A DNA stretch of 63,670 nucleotides, counting the filler, from Octopus bimaculoides (taxonomy: Eukaryota), in NCBI RefSeq assembly GCF_001194135.2. It is 8 parts of 8 records of this genome, joined end to end, with 100 filler letters (N's around TTAATTAATTAA, not from the genome) between each part and the next. Parts side by side here need not be neighbours in the genome. Positions count along the whole stretch, not along the records: positions 59,737 to 62,220 come from NC_068983.1; positions 62,321 to 63,670 come from NC_068984.1; 6 more parts are not named here. One strand, 5' to 3'. The notes beneath the pieces are model-generated. The model saw only the letters and a list, made by a program, of their open reading frames with translations. It searched no databases and was not told the DNA's origin. The translations under genes and the position numbers were made by a program. Shown piece by piece: positions 62,022 to 63,670 of the stretch (position 1 is the stretch's first letter; each line of letters starts with the position of its first letter).

Positions 62022-62220
62022 TATCATCATCATCATCATCGTTTAACGTCCGCTTTCCATGCTAGCATGGGTTGGACGATTTGACTGAGGACTGGTGAAA
62101 CCGGATGGCAACACCAGGCTCCAATCTAATTTGGCAGAGTTTCTACAGCTGGATGCCCTTCCTAACGTCAACCACTCAGAGAGTGTAGTGGGTGCTTTTA
62201 CGTGTCACCCGCACGAAAAC
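62022..62220 (-). mobile_element. RTE-tailed family E, young copy
   Basis: Near-identical to 48150-48345. Confidence 0.8.
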
Positions 62221-62334
62221 NNNNNNNNNNNNNNNNNNNNNNNNNNNNNNNNNNNNNNNNNNNNTTAATTAATTAANNNNNNNNNNNNNNNNNNNNNNNN
62301 NNNNNNNNNNNNNNNNNNNNGTCGCGGCATTGCT

Positions 62335-63670
62335 TCCGGGTTTTCCGCTCCATGTTCAAATTACACCTTCTGTGGTCGACAAAATAAGTACCAATTGAAC
62401 ACTGGGATCGATGTAATCGACGTACCCCCAACCCTGAAATTGCTGGTCTTGTGCCAAAATTGGAAACGAATAGTAAAGGTGGCTGGATAAGATGGCCGAA
62501 ACCTTAGTACGATAGACAAAATGTGCAGCGGCGTTTCTTCCGGTTTTACGCTCTGAGTTTAAATTACACAATGATCGACCTTGCGTTTTGTTCTTTTGTG
62601 GTTAATAAAATAACTACTAGCTGAACACTGGAAACGATGTAATCGACTAACCCCTAATCCCCAAATTTCTACCCTTGTCCCCATAAGAGAAAGAAATATA
62701 GGTTTCAAATTTTGGCACAAGACCAGCTAGTTCGAGAGAGTAAGTAAGTCGATTACATCGACCCAAGTGCTCGACTGGTACTTACTTAATTGATCCCCGA
62801 AAGAGATGAAAGGCAAAGTCGACCTCGGCGGAATTTGAACTCAGAATGTAAAGACAGACGTTTACCGGCGAGCTAACCATTCTGCCAAGTTCGCCGCCTT
62901 ATAATAGAAAGAAATATTGGTTACAGATTTTGGCACAAGGCCAGCAGCCTTGGGGCGGAGCTAAGTCGATTAAATCGACCCCAGTATTCAACTGGTACTT
63001 ATTTTATGGACCCTGAGTGGATGAAAGGCTCAGTTGACCTTGGTGGAATTTGAATTCAGAACGTGAAGACGGACGAAATACTGCTAAGCATTTTGCCCGG
63101 TGTGCTAATGATTCTGCCATTTCGCTGCCTTATAGTAGAAAGAAATATTAAAGGTGAATTGGTACAGTAAGAAGAAAAATGAAAGTCTAGACAAAATGCT
63201 TTTGCTGTTCTGAGTTCATATCCCATCGAGATCATCTTAAATTTTCAACCTGCAAGGAAGATAAAATATAGCACCAGCAAGTACTGAGATCGATAGCTAT
63301 AGCCACACTCAACTTCGAGGCCTTGCGCTTTTGTAAGAAATCAATAATGATAATAATGAGTTCAAATTTTGGCACAAGATCAGTGACTGCCTGGGAGGGA
63401 TAAGTCGATTAGCTCGACCCCAGCGCTCAACAGGTACTTATTTCATCGAACCCGAAACGTTGAAAGACAAATTCGACCTCGGCAGAATTTGAACTCAGAA
63501 CGTAAAGAAAGACGAAACGCCGTTAAGCATTTTGCCTAGCGTGCCAACTCGCCGCCTTATCTTGATCCTCAATATTAGAAACTAGAAAGGCAGAATCGTT
63601 AGCACGCCAGGCAAAATGTTTAGCGACATTTCGACTGTTTGTACGTTCTGAGTTCAAATATGTCAAGGTC
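62335..63670. mobile_element. Cluster of about seven SINE family D copies in mixed orientation (+,+,-,-,+,-,+)
   Basis: Approximate copies: 62335-62470, 62476-62695, 62700-62902, 62918-63133, 63170-63335, 63355-63560, 63583-63670. Confidence 0.8.

Overview
AT-rich, microsatellite-dense, heavily gapped eukaryotic DNA. The SINE families and repeat landscape suggest a coleoid cephalopod, probably Octopus (inferred from repeat content, not verified by search). I found no intact host protein-coding gene, rRNA, true tRNA or CRISPR array, and most ORF-track entries are microsatellite or N-run artefacts. The window is a transposon graveyard. It holds at least four tRNA-derived/RTE-tailed SINE families; LINE fragments (R4/Dong-like restriction-like-endonuclease, RTE, CR1-like, Tx1/L1-like); three Penelope-like (PLE) coding fragments; mariner, hAT-like, Mutator/FLYWCH and Gypsy remnants; and several MITEs and Helitron/Helentron ends. 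Seven 100-bp artificial spacers (N44-TTAATTAATTAA-N44) mark scaffold joins, so adjacency across them is uncertain. Two signals stand out. (1) Five type-I hammerhead-ribozyme-like folds with palindromic helix III, apparently in PLE-derived 3' ends, none with a canonical core: three copies share CUGUYGA (A6U) and two unrelated ones share CUAAUGA (G5A). (2) R4-type LINE fragments that sit inside specific microsatellites: (TACA)n for one lineage and (TAA)n for another. All family assignments come from manual motif reading and need database confirmation.
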